Below, piece after piece: positions 1-9,809 of a stretch of DNA of 64,000 nt. How positions within the stretch are numbered: the first letter of the stretch is position 1; each line of letters opens with the position of its first letter. Made by a program: the position numbers and the translations under genes. The notes under the pieces are model-generated. The model had not been told where the DNA came from. It saw only the letters and a list, made by a program, of their open reading frames with translations, and ran no database searches. This DNA is from an uncultured Actinomycetes bacterium (GTDB lineage: Bacteria; Actinomycetota; Thermoleophilia; Gaiellales; Gaiellaceae): positions 9,127 through 73,126 of the forward strand of contig CAVWBZ010000014.1 of NCBI GenBank assembly GCA_963753295.1, written 5' to 3'.

Positions 1-123
1 CTCGTCGACCTCGACGGCGAGACGGTGCGCGTGCTCGCGTCGTCGCTCGCAGAGGTCGCGGGCGCGCGCCGGCTCGACTGCGCCGACGGCGCGTTGTGGC
101 TCGTGGGGACGGAGCCGGCCTAG
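1..123 (+). CDS. 3' end of an unidentified CDS (partial, runs off the window start)
   Basis: Frame 1 is open from nt 1 to TAG at 121-123 with GC-rich third positions (...LDCADGALWLVGTEPA*). Too short to name. Confidence 0.3.
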   Translation, partial: LVDLDGETVRVLASSLAEVAGARRLDCADGALWLVGTEPA

Positions 124-993
124 CTACGCCGCTGGCGGGAGGTCGTTTCCCCGCTTCTCCGCCCAGCGGGCGAGGCCGCGGTACGACTGCCAGAGCGGCA
201 TCGCCAGGTCGTAGCCGGCGACCTCTTCGCCGGCGTTGTCGAGCTCTGCGCGGACGTAGGCGACGAACTCCTCCTCGCCCGCGCCGCCGAGGACGAACTG
301 CGCCCAGTCGTACAGCTCGAGGCGCAGGTCGGCGAGATGCCGGCTCGGGTCGTCGGCGACGCCGAAGTGGATGAGCGCGAGGCGCTCAGCGTTGCGGCGG
401 TCGATCTCGTCGATCGTCCGCTGCCACAGCTCGACGTCGATCTCCGGCGGCGGGGTCGGCGGCATGACGTAGCGGCCCGGCTGGATGCGAACGCCCGCGG
501 CGTCGCCCGCGTACAGCGTCCCGTCGCGGTCGAGGTACGAGACGTGGTGCGACGCGTGGCCGGGCGTCGGGAAGCACTCGAGGCCGACGACGCTGGAGCC
601 GACGACGCGGACGTTCTCCTCCGGGACCGGTGCCAGCTCGCCCCACAGCGGGTCGAACTCGTCGCCGTACAGCCGGCGCGCGCTGCGCTCCAGGCGCGAG
701 GGGTCGACGAGGTGCGGCGCCCCGATCTCCGACACGTGCACCTGCAGCGCCGGATGCTCGCGCACGAGCACGCCCGCCGCACCCGCGTGGTCGAGGTGGA
801 TGTGGCTGAGCAGCAGGTGCCGGAGGTCGGTGAGCGCGAGGCCCTCCTTCGCGAGACCGGCGCGGAGGGCGTCGACCGTCGACGCCGGGCCGCAGTCGAA
901 GAGCGCCGGGCCGTCCTCGGTGTCGAGCAGGTAGACGCCGATGCGACGCGGCTTCCCCTGGTGGAGGAGGTCGATTGGCTGCGGCACGGGCAC
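124..993 (-). CDS. MBL-fold metallo-hydrolase
   Basis: 289-aa ORF with the HxHxDH zinc motif (SHIHLDHAG) and downstream His/Asp ligands typical of the metallo-beta-lactamase fold. Confidence 0.85.
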   Translation of the reverse strand: MPVPQPIDLLHQGKPRRIGVYLLDTEDGPALFDCGPASTVDALRAGLAKEGLALTDLRHLLLSHIHLDHAGAAGVLVREHPALQVHVSEIGAPHLVDPSRLERSARRLYGDEFDPLWGELAPVPEENVRVVGSSVVGLECFPTPGHASHHVSYLDRDGTLYAGDAAGVRIQPGRYVMPPTPPPEIDVELWQRTIDEIDRRNAERLALIHFGVADDPSRHLADLRLELYDWAQFVLGGAGEEEFVAYVRAELDNAGEEVAGYDLAMPLWQSYRGLARWAEKRGNDLPPAA

Positions 994-1004
994 TATCTTC
1001 GCGG

Positions 1005-1337
1005 ATGCCCTTGCTCTTCGACGGGGACTGCGGCTTCTGCACCGGCGCGATCGCGTGGTTGCGGCGCCGGTTCGACCCCGCGGCGGGGAGCTTGCCGTGG
1101 CAGGAGGCGGATCTGGCGGCGCTCGGGGTGAGCGAGGAGGCGTGCCGGCAGGCGGTGCAATGGGTGGGAGACGGACCGCGCGCGTCCGGCGCCGACGCGA
1201 TCGCCGCCTGGCTCCGCACGGCGCGACGGCTCGGGCCTGTCGTCCGCCTCATCCCGCTCGGGCTGCCGCTCGGACGGCTTCTCTACCCGGTGGTGGCGCG
1301 GAACCGGCGTAGGCTCGGCACTATGGTCCGGCGATGA
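1005..1337 (+). CDS. DCC1-like thiol-disulfide oxidoreductase (DUF393 family)
   Basis: ATG 1005 lies inside ORF 975..1337. N-terminal FDGDCGFC motif. Stop overlaps the next start (ATGA). Confidence 0.7.
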   Translation: MPLLFDGDCGFCTGAIAWLRRRFDPAAGSLPWQEADLAALGVSEEACRQAVQWVGDGPRASGADAIAAWLRTARRLGPVVRLIPLGLPLGRLLYPVVARNRRRLGTMVRR

Positions 1338-2284
1338 CCTTCCGCGGCGGTCTGGATCTCGGCGGCACGAAGATCGAGGCGATCCTCGTCGACGACGCGA
1401 ACGAGATCCGCGGCCAGGCGAAGCGGCCCACGCCGACCGAGGGCGGCCCACCCGCGATCGTCAAGGAGCTCGCGGTCGCGCTGCGCGAGGCCGCGGCGGC
1501 GGCAGGCGTCGACCCGGGCTCGCTCGCCGGCGTCGGCGTCGGCGCGCCCGGCGAGGTGGACGCGCAGGCGGGCACGCTCGCGCGCGCGGGCAACCTCGAC
1601 GGCTGGGACGGCGTCTTCCCGCTCGTCGACGAGCTCGGCCGCGAGCTCGGCGTCCCCGTCGTCCTCGGCAACGACGTCCGCGTCGCCGTCGAGGCGGAGC
1701 GCCTCCTCGGCGCCGGGCGCACGTACCGCTCCTTCCTCGGCGTCTGGTGGGGGACCGGCATCGGCGGTGCGCTCGTCCTCGAAGGGAAGCTCTGGCACGG
1801 GCGGGGCATCGCCAACGAGTTCGGCCACGTCGTCGTGAAGATCGACGGCCGCCGCTGCCCGTGCGGCCGCCGCGGCTGCCTCGAGGCGTACGCCGGCCGC
1901 GGGGCGATGGAGCGGCGCGCGCGCAAGGCGGAGCAGATCGGAACGAAGACGAAGCTCTTCGAGATCATGCGCAAGCAGGACCGCGTGCGTCTCACGAGCG
2001 GCGTCTGGGCGACCGCGCTCGTGCGCGGCGACGAGCTCGCGAAGGAGCTCCTCGAGGAGGCGGTCGACGCCCTCGGCGCCGCGATCGGCTCGGTCGAGAA
2101 CCTCCTCGACCTCGACGCCATCGTCATCGGCGGCGGTCTCGGCACGCGCCTCGGGCAGCCGTACGTCGAGCTCATCGCGGCGGCGGCGCAGCCGCATCTC
2201 TTCGTTCCCGACCGGCCGCCGGCGTTCGTGCTGACCGAGCTCGGCGACAGCGGCGGCGGGCTCGGCGCCGCGCTGCTCGTCTGA
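1334..2284 (+). CDS. ROK-family sugar kinase (glucokinase-like)
   Basis: 316 aa. DLGGTK phosphate-binding motif and CPCGRRGCLEAY ROK zinc signature. Confidence 0.85.
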   Translation: MTFRGGLDLGGTKIEAILVDDANEIRGQAKRPTPTEGGPPAIVKELAVALREAAAAAGVDPGSLAGVGVGAPGEVDAQAGTLARAGNLDGWDGVFPLVDELGRELGVPVVLGNDVRVAVEAERLLGAGRTYRSFLGVWWGTGIGGALVLEGKLWHGRGIANEFGHVVVKIDGRRCPCGRRGCLEAYAGRGAMERRARKAEQIGTKTKLFEIMRKQDRVRLTSGVWATALVRGDELAKELLEEAVDALGAAIGSVENLLDLDAIVIGGGLGTRLGQPYVELIAAAAQPHLFVPDRPPAFVLTELGDSGGGLGAALLV

Positions 2285-2291
2285 GAGGCCC

Positions 2292-2783
2292 TCAGGCCGA
2301 GGCTCTGCTGCGCGCGGCGGCGAGGATCTCCGCCGCCTCCGACCGGTTGCCCCAGCCGCGGGTCTCGGTCTTCTTCGACGGCTCGAGGTCCTTGTACCGC
2401 TGGAAGAAGTGCTCGATCTCGTCGCGCAGCTCCGCGTTCACGTCGTGCACGTCGCGGACGCGCTCGAACGAGGGGTCGCCGAGCGGGACGCAGAGGACTT
2501 TCTCGTCGGGGCCCTTCTCGTCGCTCATGTGGAAGACGCCGATCGGCCGGACACGGATGCGGCAGCCGGGGAACGTCGGCTCGGCGACGAGCACGAGCGC
2601 GTCGAGCGGGTCGCCGTCGTCCGCGAGCGTCCCTTCCACGTAGCCGTAGTCCGCCGGGTACGTCATCGACGTGAACAGGCGGCGGTCGAGCACGATGCCG
2701 CCGAGGTCTTCGTCCCACTCGTACTTGTTGCGGGACCCCGACGGGATCTCGACGAAGACGACCGCGTGATTCTCTCCGCTCAT
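2292..2783 (-). CDS. ppa: inorganic pyrophosphatase (family I)
   Basis: 163 aa from ATG 2783, inside the longer ORF 2292..3503. SRNKYE, YPADYGYV and DGDPLD motifs. Confidence 0.9.
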   Translation of the reverse strand: MSGENHAVVFVEIPSGSRNKYEWDEDLGGIVLDRRLFTSMTYPADYGYVEGTLADDGDPLDALVLVAEPTFPGCRIRVRPIGVFHMSDEKGPDEKVLCVPLGDPSFERVRDVHDVNAELRDEIEHFFQRYKDLEPSKKTETRGWGNRSEAAEILAAARSRASA

Positions 2784-3916
2784 GCGCGCGCGGAGGAGCG
2801 GACGAGCGCCGACTCCAGGTCGGCGATGAGGTCGGCCGGCGACTCGATCCCGACCGACAGGCGGATGAGGCTCGGCGGCGCAGCGAAGGGAGCGCTCGCC
2901 GTCGCCGCGTGCGTCATGCGCGCGGGCACCTCGATGAGGCTCTCGACCCCGCCGAGCGACTCCGCGAGCTGGAAGACCTTCGTCCGTCCGGCGATCGTCG
3001 CCGCTTCCTCGGGCGACTCGGCGAGGAACGAGACCATGCCGCCGAAGTCGCGCATCTGCCGCGCGGCGATCGCGTGGCCGGGATGGCGCGGAAGGCCGGG
3101 GTAGAAGACCTGTTCGACGCGGCGGTCGAGCCACACCGCCACCTCCATCGCGTTCTCGCAATGGCGGCGCATGCGCACGGCGAGCGTCTTCACACCGCGC
3201 AGCACGAGCCAGCAGTCGAACGGGCCGGGAGTGGCGCCCAGCGACTTCTGCAGGAAGTACAGACGCTCGGCGATCGTCGGGTCGTTCGTCGCGGCGAAAC
3301 CGCCGATGACGTCGGAGTGGCCCCCGAGGTACTTCGTCGTCGAGTGGACGACGATGTCGGCGCCGAGCTCGAGCGGCCGCTGCAGGTACGGGGTCGCGAA
3401 CGTGTTGTCGACGACGAGGAGCGCGCCCGCGGCGTGCGCGGCGTCCGCCGCCGCCCGAATATCGACGACGTTCAGCATCGGGTTCGACGGCGACTCGATC
3501 CACACCATGCGGGTGTTGTCGTCGAGGTGGTCCGCGAGGTTCGCGAAGCCGGCGGCGGGGACGTAGTCGAACAGGTAGCCCTTCGGCTCGTACACCTGCG
3601 ACGTCAGCCGGTACACGCCGCCGTACACGTCGGCGATGAGAACGACGCGCTGACCGGGATCGACGAGGTGCATGATCGTCGTCACCGCGCCGAGGCCGGA
3701 CGAGAAGGCGATCCCGTGCTCCGCCGACTCGAGCGAGGCGAGGCAGTGCTGCAACGCGGTGCGCGTCGGATTGTTGACGCGCGCGTAGTCGTAACCCTTG
3801 TGCTCGCCGACCGCGTCCTGCACGAACGTCGACGTCTGGTAGATCGGAGTGATGATCGCGCCCGTGGCGGGATCGGGCTCCTGCCCCTCGTGGATGGCGC
3901 GGGTCTCGAAGTCCAT
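2780..3916 (-). CDS. cystathionine gamma-lyase/gamma-synthase (Cys/Met-metabolism PLP enzyme)
   Basis: 378 aa from ATG 3916 in ORF 2780..4696. STTKYLGGHSD PLP-lysine motif. Stop overlaps the ppa start. A CBS gene nearby favours reverse transsulfuration, but lyase versus synthase cannot be resolved by eye. Confidence 0.85.
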   Translation of the reverse strand: MDFETRAIHEGQEPDPATGAIITPIYQTSTFVQDAVGEHKGYDYARVNNPTRTALQHCLASLESAEHGIAFSSGLGAVTTIMHLVDPGQRVVLIADVYGGVYRLTSQVYEPKGYLFDYVPAAGFANLADHLDDNTRMVWIESPSNPMLNVVDIRAAADAAHAAGALLVVDNTFATPYLQRPLELGADIVVHSTTKYLGGHSDVIGGFAATNDPTIAERLYFLQKSLGATPGPFDCWLVLRGVKTLAVRMRRHCENAMEVAVWLDRRVEQVFYPGLPRHPGHAIAARQMRDFGGMVSFLAESPEEAATIAGRTKVFQLAESLGGVESLIEVPARMTHAATASAPFAAPPSLIRLSVGIESPADLIADLESALVRSSARA

Positions 3917-4905
3917 CAGGGCGATGCTAACCAGCGGGCGAGGTCGCGAAGCGGCTTGGTCAAGGAGACCGGCTTCACGCCCTCCTCCCACCACACGCCG
4001 TTGACCTTCAGCTCCTTCGTCTTGCGGTCCCAGACCGGCTCGATCCGGCCGATCAGCCGGTCGCCGCGGAGGATCGGCAGGACGTAGTAGCCGTACTCCC
4101 GCTTCGCCTTCGGGACGTACATCTCGAGCCGGTAATAGAAGTCCCAGAGTGCCTCGGTGCGGACGCGGTCGTGGACGAGGCGGTCGAACGGCGACAGGAA
4201 CGTCGTGCGCGTCGCCGGCACGGGGCCGACGGTCGCCCCGGGATGCGCCACGAGCTTCCCGCGCTCGAGCTTGACGCCGAGCGAGCGGAAGCGCTTCTCC
4301 GCGATGAGCCGCTCCGCCTCGCGCCACGGGATCCGCTCGCATTCCGGGTACCAGCGCCCGGCGAGATCCCACACGCGCTGCGTGCCGCGGCGCCCCACGA
4401 CCGCCACCTCGCCCTTCGCGGCGAGGATCTCGAGCATGAGCCCCATCTTCCGGGCGCCCCACCAGTCGTGCTCCTCGCGCGTGTGGCCCTTGTGGTCTTC
4501 GATCTCCCGGCCGAGCAACGGGCCCCGGGATTCGAGCTCGCGCAGCACGTAGCGCCGGAACGAGCGGTTCTCGGCGAGCCACGCTCGCGCGTTGCCGTTC
4601 AGCATCGACCGGTCGACCATGCGCGAGCGCAGCAGCGGCAGGTCCTCCATCGGATAGATGAACGCGCGCCATTCGACGAGCTTGCGCTCCTCCCACAGGA
4701 GACGGTCGAGTTCGGCCCGGTCGTAGTGACCGAGGCGGCTCCAGAGGACGAGGCGCTGCGGCGGCGCCACGCTCGAGATGGGATCGATCTGCAGGAAGCC
4801 GAGGCGGCGGACGGTGTCGAGGACACTCGTCGCTGAGCCGTCGAGGAGCTGCGACCGCACCGCGATGCGGCGCGCGTCTGCAAGGCTGATCTCCGTGGAC
4901 TTCAC
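3916..4905 (-). CDS. winged-helix HTH_42 protein, AlkZ/YcaQ-like DNA glycosylase family
   Basis: 329 aa. The C-terminal block FDRLVHDR...YYRLEMYVPKAKREYGYYVLPIL matches the YcaQ/DUF1006 pattern as I remember it. Confidence 0.65.
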   Translation of the reverse strand: MKSTEISLADARRIAVRSQLLDGSATSVLDTVRRLGFLQIDPISSVAPPQRLVLWSRLGHYDRAELDRLLWEERKLVEWRAFIYPMEDLPLLRSRMVDRSMLNGNARAWLAENRSFRRYVLRELESRGPLLGREIEDHKGHTREEHDWWGARKMGLMLEILAAKGEVAVVGRRGTQRVWDLAGRWYPECERIPWREAERLIAEKRFRSLGVKLERGKLVAHPGATVGPVPATRTTFLSPFDRLVHDRVRTEALWDFYYRLEMYVPKAKREYGYYVLPILRGDRLIGRIEPVWDRKTKELKVNGVWWEEGVKPVSLTKPLRDLARWLASP

Positions 4906-5476
4906 GGCCTTCGTTCTACACGAGCTGCCGCCGGCTCCGGCGCGCGTCCTCGAGATCGGCTGCGGTGACGCCGGCGGCGTCGTGCCCGCGCTCGTCGAGG
5001 CCGGCTACGACGCGCTCGGCGTCGATCCGCGCGCGCCGGCGGGACCGCGCTACCGGCAGTGCGATTTCCGGGAGATCGAAGGTCGGTACGACGCGGTCGT
5101 CGCCGGCCGCGTCATCCACCACTTGCAGCCGCTCGGCGAGGCGGTCGACAAGCTCGCCTCGCTCGCGCCGCTGCTCGTCGTCGACGAGTTCGCGTGGGAC
5201 ATCATCGACCCGGAGCTGGAGGCGTGGTACGCGGCGCATCACACGCCGAGCTCGCCCGGGCCGCCGACGCTCGACGAGTGGCGCCGGCGCCACTCCGGGC
5301 TCCACCCGCACGACGTGCTGCTCGCCGCGCTCCGTTCGCGGTACGACGAACGGACCCTGGAATGGGTGCCGTACTTCCACCGCTGGCTCGGCGACGTCGA
5401 GTCGCCCGACCGGATCGGCTACGTGTGGGCCGGCGCCATCACGTCGACGACGCGCTCCGCGGCGCCGTCGCGGTAG
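4895..5476 (+). CDS. class I SAM-dependent methyltransferase
   Basis: GTG 4895 (alternative ATG 4865) in ORF 4778..5476. VLEIGCGDAG motif I. The 3' end overlaps the convergent grx gene by ~58 nt. Confidence 0.6.
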   Translation: MDFTAFVLHELPPAPARVLEIGCGDAGGVVPALVEAGYDALGVDPRAPAGPRYRQCDFREIEGRYDAVVAGRVIHHLQPLGEAVDKLASLAPLLVVDEFAWDIIDPELEAWYAAHHTPSSPGPPTLDEWRRRHSGLHPHDVLLAALRSRYDERTLEWVPYFHRWLGDVESPDRIGYVWAGAITSTTRSAAPSR

Positions 5477-5796
5477 CCCGCGCCGAGCTTCTCCTCGAGG
5501 ATCCGCGTCAGCTCGCCGCTCTCGGCCAGCTCCTGCACGATGTCCGCGCCGCCGACGAGCTCGCCGCCGACGAAGACCTGCGGGATCGTCGGCCAGCCGG
5601 ACGCAGCCGAGAGCTCCTGCCGGATGGACGGGTCGGGGAGGATGTCCACCGCGGTGACCGGTGCGCCGGCCTCTCGGAGCGCGCGCAGCGCGCGGTCCGA
5701 GTTGCCGCACATGACGAACTGCGGCGTCCCCTTCATGAAGAGCGCGACCGGCTCCCGCTCGATCACGTCCTTGATCCGCTCCGACAGCTCGCTCAT
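5419..5796 (-). CDS. monothiol glutaredoxin (Grx4 family), CGNS active site
   Basis: 125 aa. FMKGTPQFVMCGNS in place of the usual CGFS, plus TIPQVFVGGELVGG. Start overlaps the bolA stop (ATGA). Confidence 0.8.
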   Translation of the reverse strand: MSELSERIKDVIEREPVALFMKGTPQFVMCGNSDRALRALREAGAPVTAVDILPDPSIRQELSAASGWPTIPQVFVGGELVGGADIVQELAESGELTRILEEKLGAGYRDGAAERVVDVMAPAHT

Positions 5797-6029
5797 GCCT
5801 GCGCCTCCCTCGTCTTGATCCGAAGCTCGTGGATGGTGCCGTCGCGCAGCGGCTCCGCGAGCGCCTCGTTGACGAGGCGGTGCTGCTCGAGGAGCGGCAG
5901 GCCCGCGAAGCGCGGGGTCGCGACGGTCACCTGGAAGTGGTCGCCGCCGCCGGTCCGGTCCTCGACGCCGATCTCCGCCGCCTCCGGGAAGGCGGTGCGC
6001 AAGAGGGATTCGAGACGTCCGGCGGCCAC
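5793..6029 (-). CDS. BolA-family protein
   Basis: The C-terminal 78 codons of artifact ORF 5793..11525 read ...GGGDHFQVTVATPRFAGLPLLEQHRLVNEAL..., the BolA core. GTG 6029 is the nearest in-frame start, so the start is uncertain. Confidence 0.7.
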   Translation of the reverse strand: MAAGRLESLLRTAFPEAAEIGVEDRTGGGDHFQVTVATPRFAGLPLLEQHRLVNEALAEPLRDGTIHELRIKTREAQA

Positions 6030-6059
6030 CCCGTCATGGTACGTACCCTGTGACGATCC

Positions 6060-6668
6060 ATGGAGGAGCTCGGTCTCTTCCCCCTCGGCATCGTTCTCCT
6101 GCCGACCGAGCGGGTGCCGCTGCACATCTTCGAGCCGCGCTATCGCGAGCTCATCGGCGAGTGCATCGACGGAGAGCACGAGTTCGGTCTCGTGTTCGCG
6201 GACGAGGACGGCGTGCGGGAGCTCGGGACGCGCGCACGTGTCGACGAGGTGCTCGAGCAGTTCGACGACGGCCGTTTGAACATCGTCGTCGAGGGCGGCG
6301 AGCGCTTCAGCGTCGAGCGGCTCACGCAGGGGCGTTCGTACCTGACCGCGGTCGTCGCGCCGGTCGAGGACGACGCCGTCGACGCGAACGCGGAGGCGAT
6401 CGCGCGCGCGACGGCGTCGTTCCGCGCGCTCGCCGTCGCCGCGGAAGCCGAAGCCGGCGAGCTGGACGAGGAAACGGAGCAGCTCTCCTTCGCACTGGCC
6501 GCGCAGGTGGAGCTGGCGCCGGAGATGAAGCAGGAGCTGCTCGAGCTTCGCTCGGAGCAGAAGCGCCTCGAGCTCGTCGCCGAGATGCTCGACGGCGTTC
6601 GCTCGGTGCTCATCGCGACGCGCGAGCTCGGCGAACGCGCCAAGAAGAACGGAAGCCGGCTGACCTAG
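6060..6668 (+). CDS. LON N-terminal substrate-binding domain protein
   Basis: 202 aa. LFPLGIVLLPTERVPLHIFEPRYR is the LON N-domain signature. No AAA or protease domain follows. Confidence 0.8.
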   Translation: MEELGLFPLGIVLLPTERVPLHIFEPRYRELIGECIDGEHEFGLVFADEDGVRELGTRARVDEVLEQFDDGRLNIVVEGGERFSVERLTQGRSYLTAVVAPVEDDAVDANAEAIARATASFRALAVAAEAEAGELDEETEQLSFALAAQVELAPEMKQELLELRSEQKRLELVAEMLDGVRSVLIATRELGERAKKNGSRLT

Positions 6669-6919
6669 TTGAGGGCGGCCTGCTGCTCGAGCTCGAGCAG
6701 CTCGTGGACCTGGCGATGGGCGAGCAGCGGGACGAAGTCGTCGAAGTGCGCCCGGTCGAGGAGGTCGGCGGTGACCGACCGCAGATGGACCTCGACGTGT
6801 TCGGGCGGAAGATCGGCGAATCTCCGCTTCAACTCGGTCTGAAGGCTCTCGAGCTTCCTGACGGTCCCGGGAGACGGCTGCATCACCGCCATCGCATCGG
6901 GTCCGCCGGCCGCGAGCAT
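6665..6919 (-). CDS. small helical hypothetical protein
   Basis: 84-aa ORF. ...FDDFVPLLAHRQVHELL resembles actinobacterial three-helix-bundle dimerisation-domain proteins. Start ambiguous (three Met codons). Confidence 0.4.
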   Translation of the reverse strand: MLAAGGPDAMAVMQPSPGTVRKLESLQTELKRRFADLPPEHVEVHLRSVTADLLDRAHFDDFVPLLAHRQVHELLELEQQAALN

Positions 6920-6967
6920 CGGAGCGGATGCGGAGCGAGGATCGGGGAGAACGCCGATGGGCGCCGT

Positions 6968-8356
6968 CTAGCGTCTGTGCGCCAGGAACTCGAGGAGATC
7001 CGAGCGGGTGAGCACGCCCACCGGCTTGCCGTCCCGGGCGACGACGATCGCGTTCGTCCCGCCGGTGAGCGTGGCGAAGACCTCGTCCAGCGTCGCCGAC
7101 GCGTCGACGGCGGCAAGCGGCGGCTGCATCGCCGACGAGACGTCTTCGTGCAGGACGTCCGGGTTGACGAAGACGCGCTCGAGCAGCGCCCGGTCCTGGA
7201 GCGAGCCGATGACGTCGGCGAGCGACTCGCACGAACCGTCGCGCACCACCGGCAGCTGTGAGATCCCGTAGCGCTGCATCGTGTCGATGCCCTCGCCGAC
7301 CTTCTGGTGCGACGAGATCGTGACGAGGTCCGGGAGCTCGCCGCCGTGCTTCGCGAGCAGCACCTCCTCGACCTTCGGCACCGGCGCCTGCCGCTCGAGG
7401 AACCCGTGCTCGAGCATCCAGTTGTCGTCGTAGAACTTCGACAGATAGTTGCGCCCCGAGTCCGGGATCATCATGAGCACGCGCTTGCCGGGGCCGAGGC
7501 GCCGCGCGATCTGGTCGCCGGCGTAGAGGACGGTTCCGGCGGAGCCGCCGGCGAGGATGCCCTCCTCGCGCGCGAGGCGGCGCGCCCACACGAACGACTC
7601 GCGGTCGCCGACGCGCACCCAGTCGTCGACGACCTCGGGGTCCATCGTCTCGGGCCACGTGTCCTTGCCGATGCCTTCGACGAGGTACGGATGCACGTCG
7701 CGCTCGTTCTTCGCCGTGTACACCGAGCCCTCCGGGTCCGCGCCGACGATGAGGATCGCCGGGTTGCGCTCCTTGAAGTACCGGCCGACGCCGCTGATGG
7801 TGCCGCCCGTGCCGACGGAGATGACGAGCGCGTCGATCTCGCCGCCGGTCTGCTCCCAGATCTCCGGGCCGGTGACGCGATAGTGCGCCTCCGGGTTGTT
7901 CATGTTCGAGTACTGGTCGGGCTTGAAGCCGCCGGGAATCTCCTCGGCGAGCCGGTCCGAGACCGAGTAGTAGCTCTCCGGCGAATCGTGCTCGACTGCG
8001 GTCGGCGTGATCACGACCTCGGCGCCGTAGGCGCGCAGGAGCGCGATCTTCTCCTGGCTCATCTTGTCCGGCATGACGAAGATGCAGCGGTAGCCCTTGA
8101 TCGCGGCCGCGATCGCGAGGCCGACGCCGGTGTTCCCGGAGGTCGGCTCGACGATCGTCCCGCCCGGCCGGAGCTTCCCCTCGCGCTCGGCCGCCTCGAT
8201 CATCGGCAGGCCGATGCGGTCCTTCACGGAGCCACCCGGATTGAGGTATTCGAGCTTGGCCAGCAGGTGCGCGCCGCCGCGCGGCGTCAGCTTGTCGAGG
8301 CGGACGATCGGCGTTCCGCCGACGAGGTCGAGGATCGTGGGATAGTCCGGCGGCAT
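6968..8356 (-). CDS. cystathionine beta-synthase
   Basis: 462 aa. PLP fold (NPGGSVKDRIG, SVGTGGTISG) plus a C-terminal tandem CBS-domain pair. Confidence 0.9.
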   Translation of the reverse strand: MPPDYPTILDLVGGTPIVRLDKLTPRGGAHLLAKLEYLNPGGSVKDRIGLPMIEAAEREGKLRPGGTIVEPTSGNTGVGLAIAAAIKGYRCIFVMPDKMSQEKIALLRAYGAEVVITPTAVEHDSPESYYSVSDRLAEEIPGGFKPDQYSNMNNPEAHYRVTGPEIWEQTGGEIDALVISVGTGGTISGVGRYFKERNPAILIVGADPEGSVYTAKNERDVHPYLVEGIGKDTWPETMDPEVVDDWVRVGDRESFVWARRLAREEGILAGGSAGTVLYAGDQIARRLGPGKRVLMMIPDSGRNYLSKFYDDNWMLEHGFLERQAPVPKVEEVLLAKHGGELPDLVTISSHQKVGEGIDTMQRYGISQLPVVRDGSCESLADVIGSLQDRALLERVFVNPDVLHEDVSSAMQPPLAAVDASATLDEVFATLTGGTNAIVVARDGKPVGVLTRSDLLEFLAHRR

Positions 8357-8371
8357 CGGGGGAAAGCGTAC

Positions 8372-9769
8372 TCAGCCCGTCGCCGTCACAGCGCTCCATG
8401 GCAGGTCGCGCGGCGTGACGACGTGCGGTGCCGCCGCGGCGAAGCGGTAGACCGTCATGTTCCCGGCGGTGACGCTTCCGTCGAGGTGGAAGGCGGCCGG
8501 GAGATGAAGGCCGAGCGACGCCGGGCCGGCGATGCCCTGGCCGATGACGTCGACCTCGGCGACGCGGGCACCGCGGCGCGGGAGGCTCTTCACGCTCGGC
8601 CAGTAGTGGTCGAGCATCGACACGTCGGTCGGCATGACGATCCGGCTGCCCGGGATCCTCTCGAGCGTCGCGACACCGGTCCGCCAGGAACCGCGCTGCA
8701 GGTCGACATGGCGGGCGATCATCACGGTGCAGCCGAGCAGGCCGGCGCACGCTACGGCGACGGCGGCCACTCGGAGCGACGGCACCGGCAGCGAGACGAT
8801 GCCCGCCGCGACGGCGACCACCAGCGGGATCCACGCGACGAGCAGGTTCCGGTACTCGAAGACGTCGATGCCGAGGGGTGCGAGCACGAGGGGTACGGCG
8901 ATCGTCAGCCCGGCCACGACCATCGCAGCGCGCGCCCGCCCCCGCCGACGGCCCAGGAACGCGAGTGCTGCGGCCGCGACGTACGCGGCGACGAGCAGCG
9001 GCGTCCGTCCCGGGTCGTAGTTGAAATCGAGGAAGCGCTCGAGCACCTCGTGCAGCCGGGCGCCGATGGGGGCTTGCCGGAACCAGCTCCACTTGTTCCC
9101 GCCGGAGTGGTACTGGTGGTAGGCGAGCGGCGCGAGTGCCACCGCGACGGCGAGCACGCTGCCGAGTGCCGGCACGACGCGCCGGCCCAGCCCGCGGAGG
9201 AGGACCAGCGTCTCGGCCAGGACGAGGAAGCCGGCGAAGTAGTGGGTCGCGATCGCGAGCGCCGAAGCCGCGGCCCAGCCCGAGAGGTTTCCCGCCGACG
9301 GATCGTCGAGGGTGCGCGCGAAGAACAGGAGCGAAACGGCTCCGAGCAGCACGAAAAGGGCGTACGAGCGTGCCTCCTGCGAGTACCAGACGAGCACCGG
9401 GGCGACGCTCGTCATCGCGGCCACGGCGAGGCCGCCGCCACGGCTGCGCAGCATCGTGCGGCCGACGAGATATGCGACAGGCACGGTCAGGGTGCCGAAG
9501 ACGGCGGAAAGAGAGCGGATGCCGGCCTCGCCCGTCCCGAAGGCCTTCACCCAGACCCAGACGAGCGCGTAGTAGAGCGGCGGCGTCGACTCCGAGGTCG
9601 GGATCGCCGAGAGCATCCCGCCGAACGATTGGTGGACGAGCCTGAGGGTGACGATCTCGTCGTACTCGAACGACTGGTGGCCGATGCGCACGAAGCGCAC
9701 TGCGGCCGCGACGGCGACGACGCAGACCAGGGCGATGCGCGTACCGTCGACCCGAGTGCCCCCGCGCAT
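8372..9769 (-). CDS. polytopic membrane glycosyltransferase, GT39/PMT_2 (ArnT-like) family
   Basis: 465 aa from ATG 9769 in ORF 8372..10114. Many hydrophobic helices and an acidic first-loop motif FEYDEI. Confidence 0.55.
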   Translation of the reverse strand: MRGGTRVDGTRIALVCVVAVAAAVRFVRIGHQSFEYDEIVTLRLVHQSFGGMLSAIPTSESTPPLYYALVWVWVKAFGTGEAGIRSLSAVFGTLTVPVAYLVGRTMLRSRGGGLAVAAMTSVAPVLVWYSQEARSYALFVLLGAVSLLFFARTLDDPSAGNLSGWAAASALAIATHYFAGFLVLAETLVLLRGLGRRVVPALGSVLAVAVALAPLAYHQYHSGGNKWSWFRQAPIGARLHEVLERFLDFNYDPGRTPLLVAAYVAAAALAFLGRRRGRARAAMVVAGLTIAVPLVLAPLGIDVFEYRNLLVAWIPLVVAVAAGIVSLPVPSLRVAAVAVACAGLLGCTVMIARHVDLQRGSWRTGVATLERIPGSRIVMPTDVSMLDHYWPSVKSLPRRGARVAEVDVIGQGIAGPASLGLHLPAAFHLDGSVTAGNMTVYRFAAAAPHVVTPRDLPWSAVTATG

Positions 9770-9809
9770 TCGTGGGAATCCTATTGAGTCGAGACGACAG
9801 GAGGAGCAC

